Shown one piece after another: positions 48,960 through 50,280 of a stretch of 50,280 nt of DNA. How positions within the stretch are numbered: the stretch's first letter is position 1; every line of letters starts with the position of its first letter. The notes under the pieces were generated by a model. The model was not told the DNA's origin. It did no database searches and saw only the letters and a list, made by a program, of their open reading frames with translations. Origin of the DNA: Bacteroidota bacterium (lineage in GTDB: Bacteria > Bacteroidota > Ignavibacteria > UBA10030 > UBA8401); contig JAVBYA010000055.1 of NCBI GenBank assembly GCA_030824295.1, positions 1 through 50,280 on the forward strand, read 5' to 3'. Made by a program: the position numbers and the translations under genes.

Positions 48960-49101
48960 TGGATCCTCCATAGTGATATTGAATGATTGACGGTGAATGT
49001 TCCCCGCTGCGCAGCGGTCCGTTCGGGCATGCCAACGCTACCGCCGCGGCGGGGACCGAGCCGGCACAGGGTGTCGTTGAGCGCGCAAGAACCTGCGGTT
49101 G

Positions 49102-49142
49102 CAGGGAGAAGAACATGAGTGGACCGGTGCGGCGCACCGGTC
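49102..49142 (-). terminator. Stem-loop between the secreted-protein gene and the peptide gene
   Basis: GACCGGTGC/GCACCGGTC 9-bp stem (49122-30 / 49134-42) followed on the minus strand by CACTCATGTTCTTCT. Confidence 0.45.
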
Positions 49143-49184
49143 ATTGTCGGGATGAAGCGTCGGGCGAGAGGAAGGCGGCGGCGG

Positions 49185-49676
49185 TCACCGCTTCCAGAGA
49201 TAACTTATAGAGACCGCTTTAGCGGCGGCATCGAACAGGAGCAATTGGACCGTTACATTCCCCCGCTCCCATGATCTCCGTTTGCCGAGCATGGGAAGGG
49301 TCGACTCCGAGGTTGCCTCTCCCAGTTTGCGGGACACGTCGTTCCAGAACGCCTCGCCGTGCTGGTCGAACTGCGGCGGTTTGATGGTGTACTGCAACAT
49401 CGTCACAATGGAATCCGCGGACGAGCAGAACAGGAGGATGATCCCTCCGCGCGGCGAACCCTCCTTGAACTGATAGGCCGTCATCCCCTTCATGTGTTCG
49501 GCGATCATCTTGTCGCTGCTGAGCTCGAACGGAGAGAGACCATACTTCTGATATTTCTTCATCATATCACGCAGATGCGGCGGAGTGCGTACGGCGTTAA
49601 ACTCGGTAATGGGATCGAACGCCGGCTGCGCATGAACAAGAAAGGTACCGATGAGCAACAATGAACAGATACGCAT
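49185..49676 (-). CDS. Hypothetical secreted protein (163 aa)
   Basis: The start MRICSLLLIGTFLVHAQP is preceded by GGAG. I recognise no family. Confidence 0.55.
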   Translation of the reverse strand: MRICSLLLIGTFLVHAQPAFDPITEFNAVRTPPHLRDMMKKYQKYGLSPFELSSDKMIAEHMKGMTAYQFKEGSPRGGIILLFCSSADSIVTMLQYTIKPPQFDQHGEAFWNDVSRKLGEATSESTLPMLGKRRSWERGNVTVQLLLFDAAAKAVSISYLWKR

Positions 49677-49693
49677 ACGTACTCCGATGGTGA

Positions 49694-50230
49694 TCAATGG
49701 GTGAGCGGTGTTGTGGTCCGGTCCGGCCGACCGGGATCTGCCAGGAATGAGGTGATCAGCAACGATTCAGCCGAATGGAACGCACGGATGTTCGGCCGGT
49801 GCCGGAGGATACCTTGTTCGTCAATAAGATAGAGTGCGGGAACGATCGAGTTTCGAAAGCTTCGTGCGATGTTCCCCTCCGGATCGGCGATGAACGGCAG
49901 CGGAAACCGGGCGCGGAGTCCGGCAGTTTCCTGTTCGGTGCCGGAAACGAATACGGTCAGTGACCGGAGGACGGCTCCATTCATGCCGCTGATACGGTCC
50001 AGGGCCTGCACGCAGTGCCGGCAGACCGGGGAGACGAAAAGGACGGCGCGGCGGTGAAGGGTGTCATGCTGAGCGGCGCGGATGATGTTCAGAGAAGGGA
50101 CCCGTTCTCCCGGCAGCAGCGGTTCAAGGATCAGTCCGTTCACATAGATGAGACCTGCCGTGATCGAGGCCAGAACGGCGAACAGTGCAGCGGCAGCGAC
50201 AGCTTTTTTCTGCGGGTCGGTCATGTGCAT
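49694..50230 (-). CDS. Membrane-anchored TlpA/ResA-like thioredoxin-fold protein (CxxC = CRHC)
   Basis: An N-terminal TM anchor is followed by AVLFVSPVCRHCVQAL and the cis-Pro region IVPALYLIDEQG, which is typical of redoxin/TlpA proteins. Confidence 0.7.
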   Translation of the reverse strand: MHMTDPQKKAVAAAALFAVLASITAGLIYVNGLILEPLLPGERVPSLNIIRAAQHDTLHRRAVLFVSPVCRHCVQALDRISGMNGAVLRSLTVFVSGTEQETAGLRARFPLPFIADPEGNIARSFRNSIVPALYLIDEQGILRHRPNIRAFHSAESLLITSFLADPGRPDRTTTPLTH

Positions 50231-50232
50231 TA

Positions 50233-50280
50233 TCAGTTGATGTCCGTCGGACGGGTTTCCCGGACCGGTTGTTCGGTGCG
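50233..50280 (-). CDS. Possible 3' end of a further co-directional gene cut by the window edge (...RTEQPVRETRPTDIN*)
   Basis: The minus-strand frame is open from the window edge to a TGA at 50233-50235, 2 nt before the thioredoxin ATG. There are only 15 codons, so this is very tentative. Confidence 0.2.
   Translation of the reverse strand, partial: RTEQPVRETRPTDIN

Overview
This is a chromosomal window centred on the replication-origin neighbourhood of a moderately GC-rich Gram-negative bacterium. It looks like an FCB-group organism (Ignavibacteria/Bacteroidota-like), based on a T9SS type-A C-terminal sorting domain, a GH97 glycosidase, a long YidC and a WG-repeat protein. The window is almost fully coding, with about 50 CDS. 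I recognised no rRNA, tRNA, CRISPR array, transposase or integrase. From left to right it contains:
- a GH97 glycosidase and slyD;
- a 3-gene block (VOC, SnoaL-like, HDOD) bracketed by a G/T-rich intergenic repeat family;
- mlaE-mlaF-[repeat]-mlaD;
- a compact RHH / bPH / unknown / SPFH gene row;
- a T9SS cargo protein of about 940 aa;
- gyrA followed by four uncharacterised envelope genes, two of them tandem paralogues;
- a WG-repeat protein, gyrB, a DUF721 (DciA-like) gene, recF and dnaN;
- dnaA with DnaA-box clusters on both sides (a bipartite oriC);
- rpmH-rnpA-yidD-yidC;
- a complete kdpFABC-kdpDE locus (kdpF is too short for the ORF track);
- an esterase, a Zn-ribbon membrane protein, a GNAT, an M28 peptidase, OsmC, MsrA and several orphan lipoproteins;
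- at the right edge, a redox-membrane gene row: TlpA-like thioredoxin, secreted unknown, stand-alone twin-CX6C hydrophobic peptide, Yip1-like protein, MauE/DoxX-like protein.
The best candidates for something undescribed are the peptide/redox row (47.5-50.3 kb, truncated by the window edge) and the gyrA-linked cluster of signal-peptide + coiled-coil + C-terminal-anchor paralogues (13.9-17.1 kb). All functional calls come from recognising motifs by eye in the supplied translations. No database search was run. Start codons were refined from signal peptides, Shine-Dalgarno motifs and ATGA/GTGA overlaps.
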